Source of the DNA: Opitutus sp. | GTDB taxonomy: Bacteria; Verrucomicrobiota; Verrucomicrobiia; Opitutales; Opitutaceae | Direction: 5' to 3' | Length of the DNA: 54,301 nt | Assembly (NCBI GenBank): GCA_035549975.1 | Contig: DASZPP010000121.1 | Coordinates: forward strand, 1 to 54,301 | Shown here: in pieces, positions 10,623 through 20,382 of the stretch | Layout: every line of letters begins with the position of its first letter | Numbering within the stretch: position 1 is the first letter of the stretch | Translations under genes and position numbers: made by a program | The notes under the pieces: model-generated | The model's input: only the letters and a program-made list of their open reading frames with translations | Databases searched by the model: none | What the model was told of the DNA's origin: nothing

Positions 10623-11084
10623 TCACGATTCGATGATGCTCGAATCGAGGTGCTGGATGATCAGTTCCTGCAGCGTCGCCAGAAACAGGTAGCACATGAA
10701 CGCCTTTCGCACCCGCTCCTCGAGCTGGGCGATGTCCACGTCGCTGCTCTCCAGCGTCTCGTCGCCGATGTCCTTCAGGAACTTCTCCCGCAACCGCAGC
10801 CGCACCGCGGCGCACGCGCGCACGACCGGCTCCGCGTTCGACTCGTCCAATCCGATCACGCCTTCCGAAAAGAACTCCTCGTTGAACAGCGCCAGCAGCA
10901 CCTGCACATCCGCCGCCTGCGAATCGAGGAGGTCCGTCGTCCACGCCTGGAGAAACTCCGCGTCGAGGTCCGGCAGCACCTGCGGCGCAGCCAGCCCTTC
11001 CTTCAGGTGATCCGCCAGCTCCTTCATCACGTCGAGCAGCGGGGCGACCACCGGCAGACTGAGCTTGACCTCAATGCGTTTCAT
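10623..11084 (-). CDS. DUF2017-like protein downstream of clpS
   Basis: Acidic helical protein with AVRLRL and YLFLATLQELII; overlaps clpS 3' end, the usual clpS-DUF2017 arrangement. Confidence 0.75.
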   Translation of the reverse strand: MKRIEVKLSLPVVAPLLDVMKELADHLKEGLAAPQVLPDLDAEFLQAWTTDLLDSQAADVQVLLALFNEEFFSEGVIGLDESNAEPVVRACAAVRLRLREKFLKDIGDETLESSDVDIAQLEERVRKAFMCYLFLATLQELIIQHLDSSIIES

Positions 11085-11391
11085 CCGGCTCCAGCACGGC
11101 GGTGAGATGCCACTGTTGCAACGTGAACGCATACGCCTCCGCCTTCTCGCGCAATCCGCTCCACACGACCGACCGCCCCTGCTCGTGCACCTCGAGCATG
11201 TGCCGCCGCGCCGTGAACTCGTCGAACCCGAAGACCTTTTTGAAAACCATCACGACATATGACATGAGGTTCACCGGATCGTTCAACACCACCACCCGCC
11301 AGACTCCTTCGAGCGCCAGCGCCGTGTCACTGTGCGACTCGGGCGCGGTGTGGGGGTCGCTTTCGGAGGTGATGCGTTTTCTTTCTGTCAT
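11071..11391 (-). CDS. clpS: ATP-dependent Clp protease adaptor ClpS
   Basis: WRVVVLNDPVNLMSYV, MLEVHEQGRSVVWSG.REKAE. Confidence 0.93.
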   Translation of the reverse strand: MTERKRITSESDPHTAPESHSDTALALEGVWRVVVLNDPVNLMSYVVMVFKKVFGFDEFTARRHMLEVHEQGRSVVWSGLREKAEAYAFTLQQWHLTAVLEPDETH

Positions 11392-11467
11392 TCTGGGCGA
11401 AACGAATAATCCGGCGCGTCGTCCGCACGGCCAGCCAGATGGATTCGGCTCTTCCGTTGGAATGACA
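11386..11467. repeat. GTCATTC...GAATGAC palindromic element, copy 2
   Basis: TGTCATTC (11386-11393) / GAATGACA (11460-11467) with inner AATCC/GGATT. Confidence 0.85.
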
Positions 11468-11487
11468 ATTCAAAAACCCCGGCGGTT

Positions 11488-13266
11488 TCAACCGTTCGCA
11501 TGAGCCCGGGCCTGCGCTTCCGCGACCGCCGCCGCGACCCGCGCCTCCGCCTCCGCGACCGGCACTTTCGCCACGTCCTTCGCCGACCGCCACTTCAGCT
11601 CGATCACGCCTTCCTTCAGTCCCTTGCCGCCGATGGTGAGCCGCAACGGAATTCCAACCAGGTCCGCATCCTTGAATTTCACGCCCGGCCGCTCCGCCCG
11701 GTCGTCGATCAGGACCTCCGCGCCCGCGCGCTCCGCGGCCGCCGCCAGCTTCTTTGCCAGGTCCATCGCTTCCGCCATCTGCGGATCGAGCACGCAGATC
11801 AACACCTGGAACGGCGCCGAGTTCCACGGCCACACGATCCCGTCCGCATCGTGGCTTTGCTCGATGATCGCCTGCAGCGTCCGTGAAATCCCGATGCCGT
11901 AGCACCCCATTTCCATGAGGTGGTTTTGCTTCTGGTCGTCCATGTAGGCCGCGCCGAACTTCTCCGAGTATTTCGTGCCGAGCTTGAAAATGTGCCCGAC
12001 CTCGATCCCGCGCCGCACCTGCAGTGGCTGGCCCGACTTCACGTCCGGCTCGCCCGCGCGCACGCGCCGGAAATCGCCGAACTTCGTCACCGCGAGGTCG
12101 CGCGTCACGTTCACGTTGCGCAAATGGAATCCGTCCTTGTTCGCGCCCGTCGTGCCGTTGCCGATCAGCCGGATCGCGTGGTCGGCAAAAACTCCGGCCA
12201 GCGCGCCCGGATTTTTGATCGTTCCTCTCACCGCGCCCAGGCTCCCGGGTTTCGCACCCATCACCGGCTCGATCTCCTCCGCCGTCGCCGGCCGGAACAC
12301 CCCGAACCCGAGCGTGCCGAGCTTCGCCTCCTCGAGTTCGTCGCAGCCGCGCAGCACGACGAGAAACGGTTTTCCATCGCCGATGTAGACCAGCGTCTTG
12401 AACTGTTTGTCCGCCGGCACCGAATAAGGCGCCGCCTCCAGCGCCGCGATCGTCACCACGCCCGGCGTCGCGAACTCCTCGAGCGTGCCGGCCGGCGCCG
12501 CGTCCGCCAGCTCCTTCGGCACGAGCGCGCTCGTCGCCTTCTCGCGGTTCGCCGCGTAGCCGCTCGCCTCGTTGTAGATCACGTCGTCGTCGCCGACTTC
12601 CGCCGGCACCATGAACTCGTGCGAGTAGCTTCCGCCCATCACACCCGTGTCCGCCTCGACCGCGATCGCCTGCGCGCCAATGCGCCGGAAGAATGCCTCA
12701 TACGCCGCCTTCATCGCGAGGTAGCTTTTGATCGACGCCTCGTCGCTCACGTCGAACGAGTAGGCGTCCATCATCACGAACTCCTTCGCCCGCATCAGCC
12801 CAAAGCGCGGCCGGATCTCGTTCCGGAACTTGGTCGCGATCTGGAAAAAATTCTTCGGCAGGTCGCGGTAGCTCGTGATCTCCGCGCGCACCAGCGGCGT
12901 GATGATCTCCTCGTGCGTCGGCCCGAGCACGAATTCCGGCTCCTTCGGCCCGCGCTTGCCGTCCCCCGCGCTGTCCGCCCGAAACATGATCTCCCGCGCC
13001 GCCGTCCAGCGCGGACCCTGCATCCAGAACTCCGCCGGGTGCACGTGCGGCATCCACACCTCGATCGCACCCGCCCGCTCCATCTCCTCGCGGCAGACTT
13101 GCGTCAGCTTCTGCATCACCCGCAACCCGAGCGGCAGATACGTGTAGAGCCCGCCGCCCAGCTTGCGCACCAGCCCGGCGCGGATGAGCAGCTTGTGCGA
13201 CGCGATCTCCGCGTCCGCGGGACTTTCCTTCAACGTCGGGATGAAATACTGCGACCAAAGCTTCAT
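11488..13266 (-). CDS. proS: Proline--tRNA ligase (bacterial type with editing domain)
   Basis: LGPTHEE, KFRNEIRPRFGLMRAKEF.M.DAYSF, GIEVGHIFKLGTKYS, MGCYGIG, DDR.ERPGVKFKDADLVGIP. Confidence 0.98.
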   Translation of the reverse strand: MKLWSQYFIPTLKESPADAEIASHKLLIRAGLVRKLGGGLYTYLPLGLRVMQKLTQVCREEMERAGAIEVWMPHVHPAEFWMQGPRWTAAREIMFRADSAGDGKRGPKEPEFVLGPTHEEIITPLVRAEITSYRDLPKNFFQIATKFRNEIRPRFGLMRAKEFVMMDAYSFDVSDEASIKSYLAMKAAYEAFFRRIGAQAIAVEADTGVMGGSYSHEFMVPAEVGDDDVIYNEASGYAANREKATSALVPKELADAAPAGTLEEFATPGVVTIAALEAAPYSVPADKQFKTLVYIGDGKPFLVVLRGCDELEEAKLGTLGFGVFRPATAEEIEPVMGAKPGSLGAVRGTIKNPGALAGVFADHAIRLIGNGTTGANKDGFHLRNVNVTRDLAVTKFGDFRRVRAGEPDVKSGQPLQVRRGIEVGHIFKLGTKYSEKFGAAYMDDQKQNHLMEMGCYGIGISRTLQAIIEQSHDADGIVWPWNSAPFQVLICVLDPQMAEAMDLAKKLAAAAERAGAEVLIDDRAERPGVKFKDADLVGIPLRLTIGGKGLKEGVIELKWRSAKDVAKVPVAEAEARVAAAVAEAQARAHANG

Positions 13267-13349
13267 GGGAGCCCGGCACCGAAACAGCGCCCGCGCGCCG
13301 GAGCAATTTTATTTGCGGCCATCCGCCGCAGTCGGATGAATGATCCCTC

Positions 13350-13964
13350 ATGCCACCCGTCCTGCGCGAACGCAAACCCTGGCCCATGAAATGGGTCGCA
13401 CTCACGATCGTGCTCGCGCTGATCCCCTACACCTGGCTCACGCTTCATTTCCGCAAGCCCGGTCGGATGTTCGAGCCTTACCACGACCTGAAGGAACGCG
13501 CGAACACGATGCGCCTCCTCTCCGCCGGCTTTCAACGGATCAACCTCGAAGCGACGCGACCGCCCGACGCCACTCCCGGCGTCCCCGCCGCCCCGGTGTT
13601 TCCCGCCCGCGGCGGTTTGCCGCCGGAGCTCGATCTTTCACTGATCGATCGCCCGTTGCTCCCCGCCGAAATCCAGTCGGTCCACGCCGCCGCCAGCGCC
13701 AGCCCGACGCTGCCCTATCCGATCGAGTTCCGGTGCACGCAGCCCGACAATCACCAGCAGCTCGGCAGCGCCGAACTCTACGTTCACGGCGGGGAAGTCG
13801 TGCTCGTGCCCGATTTCGAGCGTCTCGCCGGCGAACTCCTCGCCCGCTCCAGCGACAACCTCATCCGCGTCACCGTTCCTCCCGGCGCGCTGAAGCCCGG
13901 CAGCTATCACGTCACCCTCGTCGGTTCGAGGCTCTCGAAAGCCTGGACGCTCGAAGTGAAATAG
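13350..13964 (+). CDS. Hypothetical membrane-anchored protein
   Basis: 204 aa, N-terminal TM segment, beta-rich C-terminus, typical codon usage. Confidence 0.65.
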   Translation: MPPVLRERKPWPMKWVALTIVLALIPYTWLTLHFRKPGRMFEPYHDLKERANTMRLLSAGFQRINLEATRPPDATPGVPAAPVFPARGGLPPELDLSLIDRPLLPAEIQSVHAAASASPTLPYPIEFRCTQPDNHQQLGSAELYVHGGEVVLVPDFERLAGELLARSSDNLIRVTVPPGALKPGSYHVTLVGSRLSKAWTLEVK

Positions 13965-14001
13965 CGCCCTCGTCTCTGTCGGCCGGAACGTTGAAGTGGA
14001 A

Positions 14002-14027
14002 GGCGGAACCCGACGTCCTCGTCGGCT
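14002..14027 (+). repeat. REP-like palindrome, copy 2
   Basis: Near-identical to 3425-3450. Confidence 0.7.
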
Positions 14028-14117
14028 CGATTTGCGAGGGAAAGCCGCCCTCGTCGCCCGTGATTCGAAAATTCCTGTCCGCTTTTCGATCCGGCGTCGT
14101 TTACACCTACAACCGGC

Positions 14118-15631
14118 ATGAATGACGACCCGGCCTTGCTCCTCCGCTACGCCTCGGACCGCTCCGAAGCCGCCTTCGCGGACCTCGTCCGCCGTCATCT
14201 GCCGCTCGTTTTTTCCGCCGCCCTTCGTCGGCTGAATGGCGATGTGCACCGCGCGCGCGACGTCACCCAAATCGTTTTCACCGCCCTCGCGCGGGATGCC
14301 GCGCGGCTTTCCCGTCATCCCACCCTCGCCGGATCTACACCGCCACCCGCAACGCAGTGATCGACGCCGCCCGGGCGGAAAGGCGCCGGCTCGCTCGCGA
14401 ACAAGCCGCGTCCACCATGCTCTCGATTTCATCTGCGCCCGAAGCCACCGCGGATTGGGCCGCCCTTCGCCCCGTGCTCGACGACGCCATGGACACACTG
14501 ACCGCCCGCGACCGCGAGGCGGTCCTGCTCCGCTTTTTTCAAAACCGGCCATTCGCCGAGATCAGTCGCGTCCTCGGCGTGAGCGAGGACGCCGCCCGGA
14601 AGCGCGCCGACCGCGCGCTCGAGACACTGCGCCGCGTGCTGATTCGCCGCGGAATCGACTCCACCGCCGCAGCCCTCGCCGCGATCCTCGCCGGTGAAAC
14701 CGCGGTCGCCGCGCCCGCCGGCCTGGCCGCAAGCGTCGCCGCCTCGGCCGTCGCCGGCACCAAGGCCGCCCTGCTCGGCGCCGCCTTTATGACGATCACG
14801 AAAACCCAGGCCGCCATCGCCGCGTTCGCGCTGCTCGGAGGCGCCGGCGGATTGATTCTGCAGCACCAGACCTCCGTGAAGCTGCGCGCTGCCAACGCAA
14901 CCCTGCAACGCGAAGCCACCCGGCTCGCCGCCGAGAATCGCCAGCTCGCGAAGGCCCGGACCGAGGCTGAAACCGAGTTGACGCGATTCAAAACCGAATT
15001 GAAGCCGTCGCCTGCCACCGCGCCCATCGCGTTCACCGCTGCTCGATCGCAAGACGCATCTGCGCGACCCGCCGTCGGTCCGCGCGCTCCCCGGCCGCGC
15101 GAGTCGCAGCAGCCGTCGCAGCTTCATGAGCGCTACGATTCGTTCCTGCGGGAGCGCGGACTGTCGCCGGCCGACATCGATCGCTGGATCGAATTGATGA
15201 GGGAGAAGGAAAACATCCGCCTCGATCTGCAGGCCGCCGTGCGCGAATACGGCGGGCGCGGCGGCACCAAGGAAATCGAGGATCTGCGCTCGAAACTGAG
15301 CGACGGTTTGTGGCGCGAGATGTTCGCCATGTTGGGGCCGGACGGCGCCGCCGCTTTTCACGACTTCGAGCAAACGTCCTACTATCGCGGATTTCTCCAG
15401 CCGCTGACGCCGGCGCTCGCCGCCGCGAACATCCCGCTCTCCGCCGACCAATCCGCCCGCCTCGTGCGCCTGCTCGTCGCCAACGATCATCCGCAGCGGG
15501 AAAACGCGACCGATCTCGGCGCGGAAAGCCGCATCGACTGGCCGGCGGTGATCCAGCAGGCCGGGAATTTTCTCACGCCGGCACAGCAATCCGCTCTCCA
15601 CGATTTCGCCGACCAACGCCGCCCGCGCTGA
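14118..15631 (+). pseudogene. ECF sigma factor with TM anchor and C-terminal extension, frameshifted at ~14334
   Basis: ORF1 has sigma2 start (SEAAFADLVRRH..LVFSAALR..ARDVTQIVF); expected LAGWLYTATRN reads GGA-TC-TAC; ORF2 carries sigma4 (DREAVLLRFF..EIS..LGVSEDAARKR). Confidence 0.85.
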
Positions 15632-15784
15632 TCGCCCGCCCGTCGCCGGTCAGACCTGGTCGAACGCACGCTGCTCGCCGCCGCCGGCTGCAAGCAGAGA
15701 TTCGCCCGCCGCCCGCGACCTCGCGCGTGGCTCGCACCGCTATTGACGCGCCGGCCCGCTTCGTCGAAAACCACCGACCATTCC

Positions 15785-17128
15785 ATGAGCAACGGCAACG
15801 GCCAACCGGGCGCCACTCCGCCTTCCCCCGCGCTCGCGACGACCATCAAACCCACGGATCTGCGCGGCATCCTCCAATACGTGCCGCGTTTCCAGGGCCA
15901 GATTTTTGTCGTCGCCATCGACGGCTCGATCGTCGCCGACGAGAATTTTCCCAACCTTCTCCTCGATCTCGCCGTCCTCCGCTCGCTCGGGATCAAGCTC
16001 GTGATCGTCCACGGCATCGGCCACCAGCTCCAGGAGCTCTCCGCCAGCCGCAACATCACCATCACGAACGTCGACGGCAGCGGCGTCACCGACGCGGCCA
16101 CGCTCGACCTTGCCATCCGCGCCTCGTCGCGCGTCTCGCACGCGCTCGTCGAGGGGCTCACGCAAAATTCCCTGAAATGCGCCGTCACGAACGCCGTTCG
16201 TGCGCTCCCCACCGGCATCATCAAGGGCGTCGACCAGCAGTTCACCGCCAAGGTCGAGCGCATCGACAAGGATTTTCTCGGCGAGCTGATCGACCGCAAC
16301 GTCGTGCCGATTCTTTCGCCCATCGGCTTCGGGCCCGACGGCCGCTCGCTGCGCATCAACTCCGACCTGCTCGCCGCCGAGCTCGCCGAGGCGCTGCACG
16401 CGACGAAGATCATCTACCTCACCACCCAGCCCGGCCTCGAGATCGACGGCCAGTTTCGCCGCGAGATCTCGGTCGAGGCGGTGCGCCGGATTCTCGAGGA
16501 GCATCCCGAGCAGATCGCCGACGAGACCCGCAGCAAGGCCGCCAACGCCGTCCGGGCGATCGAGACCGGCACGCCGCGCGTCCACATCCTCGACGGCCGC
16601 ATCTTCGACAGCCTGCTGAACGAAATCTTTTCGAACGAGGGCGTCGGCTCGCTCGTCTACGGCAACGACTACCAGCAGATCCGCAAGGCGCGGAAGAGCG
16701 ACGTCCGCCTCATCTACAACCTCACGCGCAACGCCGTCCGCCGCGAGGAGCTGCTCTACCGCACGCAGCTCGCGATCGAGCGCAACATCGAGCAGTTCTT
16801 CGTCTACGAAATCGACGAGAACATCATCGCCTGCGTCACGCTCTATTTTTATCCCGACCGCCCGCAGCTCGCCGAGATCGGCTCGCTCTACGTCATGCCG
16901 TTTTACCACAACCGCGGCATCGGCAAGAAAATGGTGGACTACGCCTCGATGATGGCGAAGGAGCGCGGCGCGAAAACCGTGCTCGCCCTGTCCACGCAAA
17001 GCTTCGGTTTCTTCCAAAACGTCTGCGGCTTCGAGGAGACCGACAAATCGATCCTCCCCGAAACCCGCCTCAAGTCCTACGAGGACAGCGGCCGCAACGC
17101 GAAGGTGCTGGTCAAGAAACTGGCGTGA
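15785..17128 (+). CDS. argA: Amino-acid N-acetyltransferase (AAK + GNAT)
   Basis: GIKLVIVHG, RVHILDG..LLNEIFSNEGVG, C-terminal GNAT with RGIG. Confidence 0.92.
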   Translation: MSNGNGQPGATPPSPALATTIKPTDLRGILQYVPRFQGQIFVVAIDGSIVADENFPNLLLDLAVLRSLGIKLVIVHGIGHQLQELSASRNITITNVDGSGVTDAATLDLAIRASSRVSHALVEGLTQNSLKCAVTNAVRALPTGIIKGVDQQFTAKVERIDKDFLGELIDRNVVPILSPIGFGPDGRSLRINSDLLAAELAEALHATKIIYLTTQPGLEIDGQFRREISVEAVRRILEEHPEQIADETRSKAANAVRAIETGTPRVHILDGRIFDSLLNEIFSNEGVGSLVYGNDYQQIRKARKSDVRLIYNLTRNAVRREELLYRTQLAIERNIEQFFVYEIDENIIACVTLYFYPDRPQLAEIGSLYVMPFYHNRGIGKKMVDYASMMAKERGAKTVLALSTQSFGFFQNVCGFEETDKSILPETRLKSYEDSGRNAKVLVKKLA

Positions 17129-17143
17129 CCGGGCCGCCCGCCG

Positions 17144-17908
17144 TCAGTCTCGCCGGCGGCCTTTTGCCAGCTCATCCCACGCCCGCGCATACCGCCGCCC
17201 CAGCTCGTGATACGACGGCGTGTTGAAATGCGTCCGGTCGCCCTTGTCCGTGAGTCCCTCGGACGAAACCAGCGCGCAATGCGGCACGCGCCGCGCCACC
17301 TCCGGCAGCACGGCGTTAATCTCGTCGCCGTGCGCAAAAAAATGGCCCAGCTCGCCCACGACCACCGGCACCTCCGCCGCGCCGAGATCCTTCCGCAATT
17401 GCGCGATCATCACGGCGAACCGGTCGGCATACGTGCCCGCCGTGTGGTCCGTCGCGTCGTTCTCGCCTTGGTGCCAGAGAATCCCCGCGAGTCTTCCGCT
17501 TTTCATCGCCTCCTTCGCCCGGGCAATCGCATCCGAATAAAGCTTCCCGCCCGCCTTCCATTCGTCGAGCGACGTCCCCCCGAACGCCGCCGGGATCAGC
17601 CCGACCACCGCGCCCGGATGCTCGTCCGCGATCACCCGTCCGAACGTCGACCCCAGCCCCACGCCCGCGATCGCCGGCTTGTCGTAATGCAGCGGATCGA
17701 CCGCCGGCGCCCACGTCAGCTCCTTCGTCTGCACGAAGACCCGCGGATGCGGCACCTTGTCCTCCGGCCCCACCGGGCCGCGACCCGCCATGTTCGACTG
17801 CCCGATCAGCAGGAACAGCATCATGTCCTTCGATGCCGTCTTGTCGGCTGCCGCCAACGGCATCGTCCCAGCCGTCACCAGCAAAAACGCCCGGATAAGT
17901 GATTTCAT
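17144..17908 (-). CDS. Secreted sialate O-acetylesterase-like (SASA/CE6) SGNH esterase
   Basis: Signal peptide; GQSNMAG, ILWHQGE, D.THF. Confidence 0.9.
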   Translation of the reverse strand: MKSLIRAFLLVTAGTMPLAAADKTASKDMMLFLLIGQSNMAGRGPVGPEDKVPHPRVFVQTKELTWAPAVDPLHYDKPAIAGVGLGSTFGRVIADEHPGAVVGLIPAAFGGTSLDEWKAGGKLYSDAIARAKEAMKSGRLAGILWHQGENDATDHTAGTYADRFAVMIAQLRKDLGAAEVPVVVGELGHFFAHGDEINAVLPEVARRVPHCALVSSEGLTDKGDRTHFNTPSYHELGRRYARAWDELAKGRRRD

Positions 17909-19446
17909 TTTCCATTCAGCCTTTCAATTCCATCCGCAGCTGCAATCCCGCGATTGAGCCTCGCGTCCGCGGCGACCAGTCCGGCCCGGCTCAGCGCGGC
18001 GGCGGCTTCCGACTCTTCCGCACTCGTCGGCCGCACGGTGCCGTCGAGGCGCGCCGCCAGCGCGCGCATCGGCGGCGTCAGCGCCACGTTTTCGTGCCAG
18101 CGGTTCGCCACCGCCAGCCCGCTCGCCGCCAGCGTGCGCGCGACCGCATCCACCCGCGGCATCGCCGGCACCTTCGTCGCGCAATCAAGCCCGCTGCTTA
18201 ACAGAAAATCCGCCGCCTGCCGCACCACGAGATCGAACAGCACGCTCACCGCCTGCGCTTCCAGCGCCGCCGGGACTTCGATGCCGGCCGACGCGAGAAG
18301 CCGCCGTGTCGCCGCCACCGCCTCGGCAAACGCCACCCGCCGCGGCCACGCCGCCGCCAACACCGCGAGCAGCGCCTTCGTCGCCGCGTCACCCGTCTCG
18401 AGCCCCGCTCCTTTCGGATGCGTGAAGCGCACGCGCTGTCCTTCGCGCAGGTCCGGCACCGCCACGCCGGCGCGGAGTTGCGAGCCGACGACGCATCCGC
18501 GCAGCGCGTCCGGTGTCCAGGCGCGCGGCTTCGCTTCGCTCGCCCGCGTCAGGAGCGAACAGCGAAATGTCTGCTGCACCACGAAATCCATCATCTGCTC
18601 GCCCTGCACCGTCTCTGGCGCCACCGCCGCAAACGCCGCCGCCGTTTCCTCCGGCAGGTTGGGATTGGTCATCAAGCTCAGTTGGGCGTCGCCGAGATAC
18701 CGCAGGCCGTGCTCCTCCGCCCACTCCACGAATTGGAGCAGGTAACAGGGATCGTTGAATGGGCCGAGCTCATCGTGATAAAAGACCATTGGATCCTTCT
18801 TTTCCATGTCGGCCACGAGCGACAGCAGCGCCATCGCCTGTGGTTTGTCCGCCGTCGCCAGCGCCGCGCGCAGAAACGCCAGCGTCGCCCGCGCGTTCGC
18901 CAGGCGCTCGTCGACGCCTTCGACGCCGCGCAGCCGCAGGGCCAGCAGGTCGCGCAGCGTCTCGCGCGCTTTCCAGCCGGGATACGTGTTGTAGCTGATG
19001 TAGGCCACCCCGTCCGGCGCGAGCGCTCGCGCACAACTCGCCAGGATCGCGGCCTTCGCATCGTCCGGCACGTGCGAAAACAGCCCGTGCGCGATCACGA
19101 AATCGAAATCTTCCGCCGCCGGCACAAACGCCCGCACGTCCGCGACCTCGAGCCGCAGGTTTGTCACGCCCGCCGCCGCCGCCAGCCGCCGGCCTTCTTC
19201 GATGTCGGGAGCGGTCAGGTCGACGCCCCTGAACTGCGCCTCGGGCAACATCGCCGCGAGCGGCAGCAGGTTGAGCCCGCAGCCGCAGCCAAGCTCCAGC
19301 ACGCGCGCCCGTTGCGGTTCCGCTGCATTTCCTCCGAGGAGACGCGCGATCGCCCCGAGTCGGGCCGGATGCGTCAGCCGGAAAGCCCCCGTGCGATACG
19401 GCAGCTCACGGTAGCGAGCTTGGATCGCGGGCTCCCCCGGACTCGT
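17905..19446 (-). CDS. Class I SAM-dependent methyltransferase with regulatory domain (PKMT-like); start codon appears as ACG
   Basis: Y.ELPY, THPARL, VLELGCGCG.NL, FDFVIAHGLFSHVP, YISYNTYPGW, YHDEL, EQMMDF; no in-frame ATG/GTG near the conserved N-terminus. Confidence 0.82.
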   Translation of the reverse strand, partial: TSPGEPAIQARYRELPYRTGAFRLTHPARLGAIARLLGGNAAEPQRARVLELGCGCGLNLLPLAAMLPEAQFRGVDLTAPDIEEGRRLAAAAGVTNLRLEVADVRAFVPAAEDFDFVIAHGLFSHVPDDAKAAILASCARALAPDGVAYISYNTYPGWKARETLRDLLALRLRGVEGVDERLANARATLAFLRAALATADKPQAMALLSLVADMEKKDPMVFYHDELGPFNDPCYLLQFVEWAEEHGLRYLGDAQLSLMTNPNLPEETAAAFAAVAPETVQGEQMMDFVVQQTFRCSLLTRASEAKPRAWTPDALRGCVVGSQLRAGVAVPDLREGQRVRFTHPKGAGLETGDAATKALLAVLAAAWPRRVAFAEAVAATRRLLASAGIEVPAALEAQAVSVLFDLVVRQAADFLLSSGLDCATKVPAMPRVDAVARTLAASGLAVANRWHENVALTPPMRALAARLDGTVRPTSAEESEAAAALSRAGLVAADARLNRGIAAADGIERLNGK

Positions 19447-20105
19447 GCCTCCACGGCCGGAGTCGGTGCCCGCCGCGCCGCTCGCGCTCGTGCGCGCCGG
19501 CGCCCAGTCAGCCTCAGCGCGACCCCGAGCGCGATCGCGCCCGCTCCCGCCGCCGTCGCCGCCGGCTCGGGCACCGCCGTCGGCATCTGGCCCGCCGTGA
19601 TCGAACCGCCCGCCGTGCTGTTGTAGGCCCAATCCACCAGGATCGTGGACGAAGAGCTGGTATAGTCGATCTCACCCCAGCCGTAATAGGTGCTGGCACC
19701 CGAAACAAAAGAGAAGCCGACATATCCCGTGTCGCCCGGATTCCACCCACCGTTCGAGTTCATCGGGAGGGCATTGACGGCCTTCAGCAACGCACTCGCG
19801 CTCGAGATCGAAGAGCCTGCCGAGAGCTTCTCCAGCACCGAGAGCGAGGGGACCCTGACAAACTCTGCCGTTTCTCCCGATTTGTCTGCAAATCCCTTCG
19901 TGTTAAGCTGAGCGTCGAACGTGCCGTCCGAATCGAAATCAATCTGGGTGGTAGTCGAACTCGAGATATTCTTCACGCCGCTATAGACGATCTGCGCCTG
20001 CGCCACCGTGGCGAGGGCGCAGCCGGCGCCCGCGGCGGCGGACAAAGCGAGCCCGCGGGACCGGAAACGATTCGAGGCAGGCGCGAAGGAAGCAACAGGC
20101 GACAC
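19374..20105 (-). CDS. PEP-CTERM surface protein; natural stop probably at ~19443 but read through to 19374
   Basis: Signal peptide ending AQA, Ser/Thr/Gly-rich beta domain, AVPEP + TM + RRR tail; less GC-biased codons than flanks. Confidence 0.88.
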   Translation of the reverse strand: MSPVASFAPASNRFRSRGLALSAAAGAGCALATVAQAQIVYSGVKNISSSTTTQIDFDSDGTFDAQLNTKGFADKSGETAEFVRVPSLSVLEKLSAGSSISSASALLKAVNALPMNSNGGWNPGDTGYVGFSFVSGASTYYGWGEIDYTSSSSTILVDWAYNSTAGGSITAGQMPTAVPEPAATAAGAGAIALGVALRLTGRRRARARAARRAPTPAVEARVRGSPRSKLATVSCRIARGLSG

Positions 20106-20382
20106 GGTGTGTGGGAGGGTTTTCGCTGGGCGGACATGAGTAATGCCGGAAAGGGCTCGGTCACCGGCATTGGCTGGAAACGGAAAAGCGCCACGACGCC
20201 TAAGGATAACCCCCTAAATACTCCAGCACAAAATATGAACTACTGTCTTTCTGAGGACGACGCCGATCCTCGTCCATTCTCCGCTCGTTCCCGCCATGCC
20301 CGTGTGCGCCCAAGCGAGAATTCCACTTTAGCAGCGCCGAGGGGAGGCCGCCGGTCAATCTCCGCCCGCGATCGGTTCCATA

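Noticed and set aside
19447-19632. 575-aa methyltransferase starting at 19632
   Set aside because: The extension overlaps the PEP-CTERM sorting signal in another frame and is low-complexity; similarity begins near 19446
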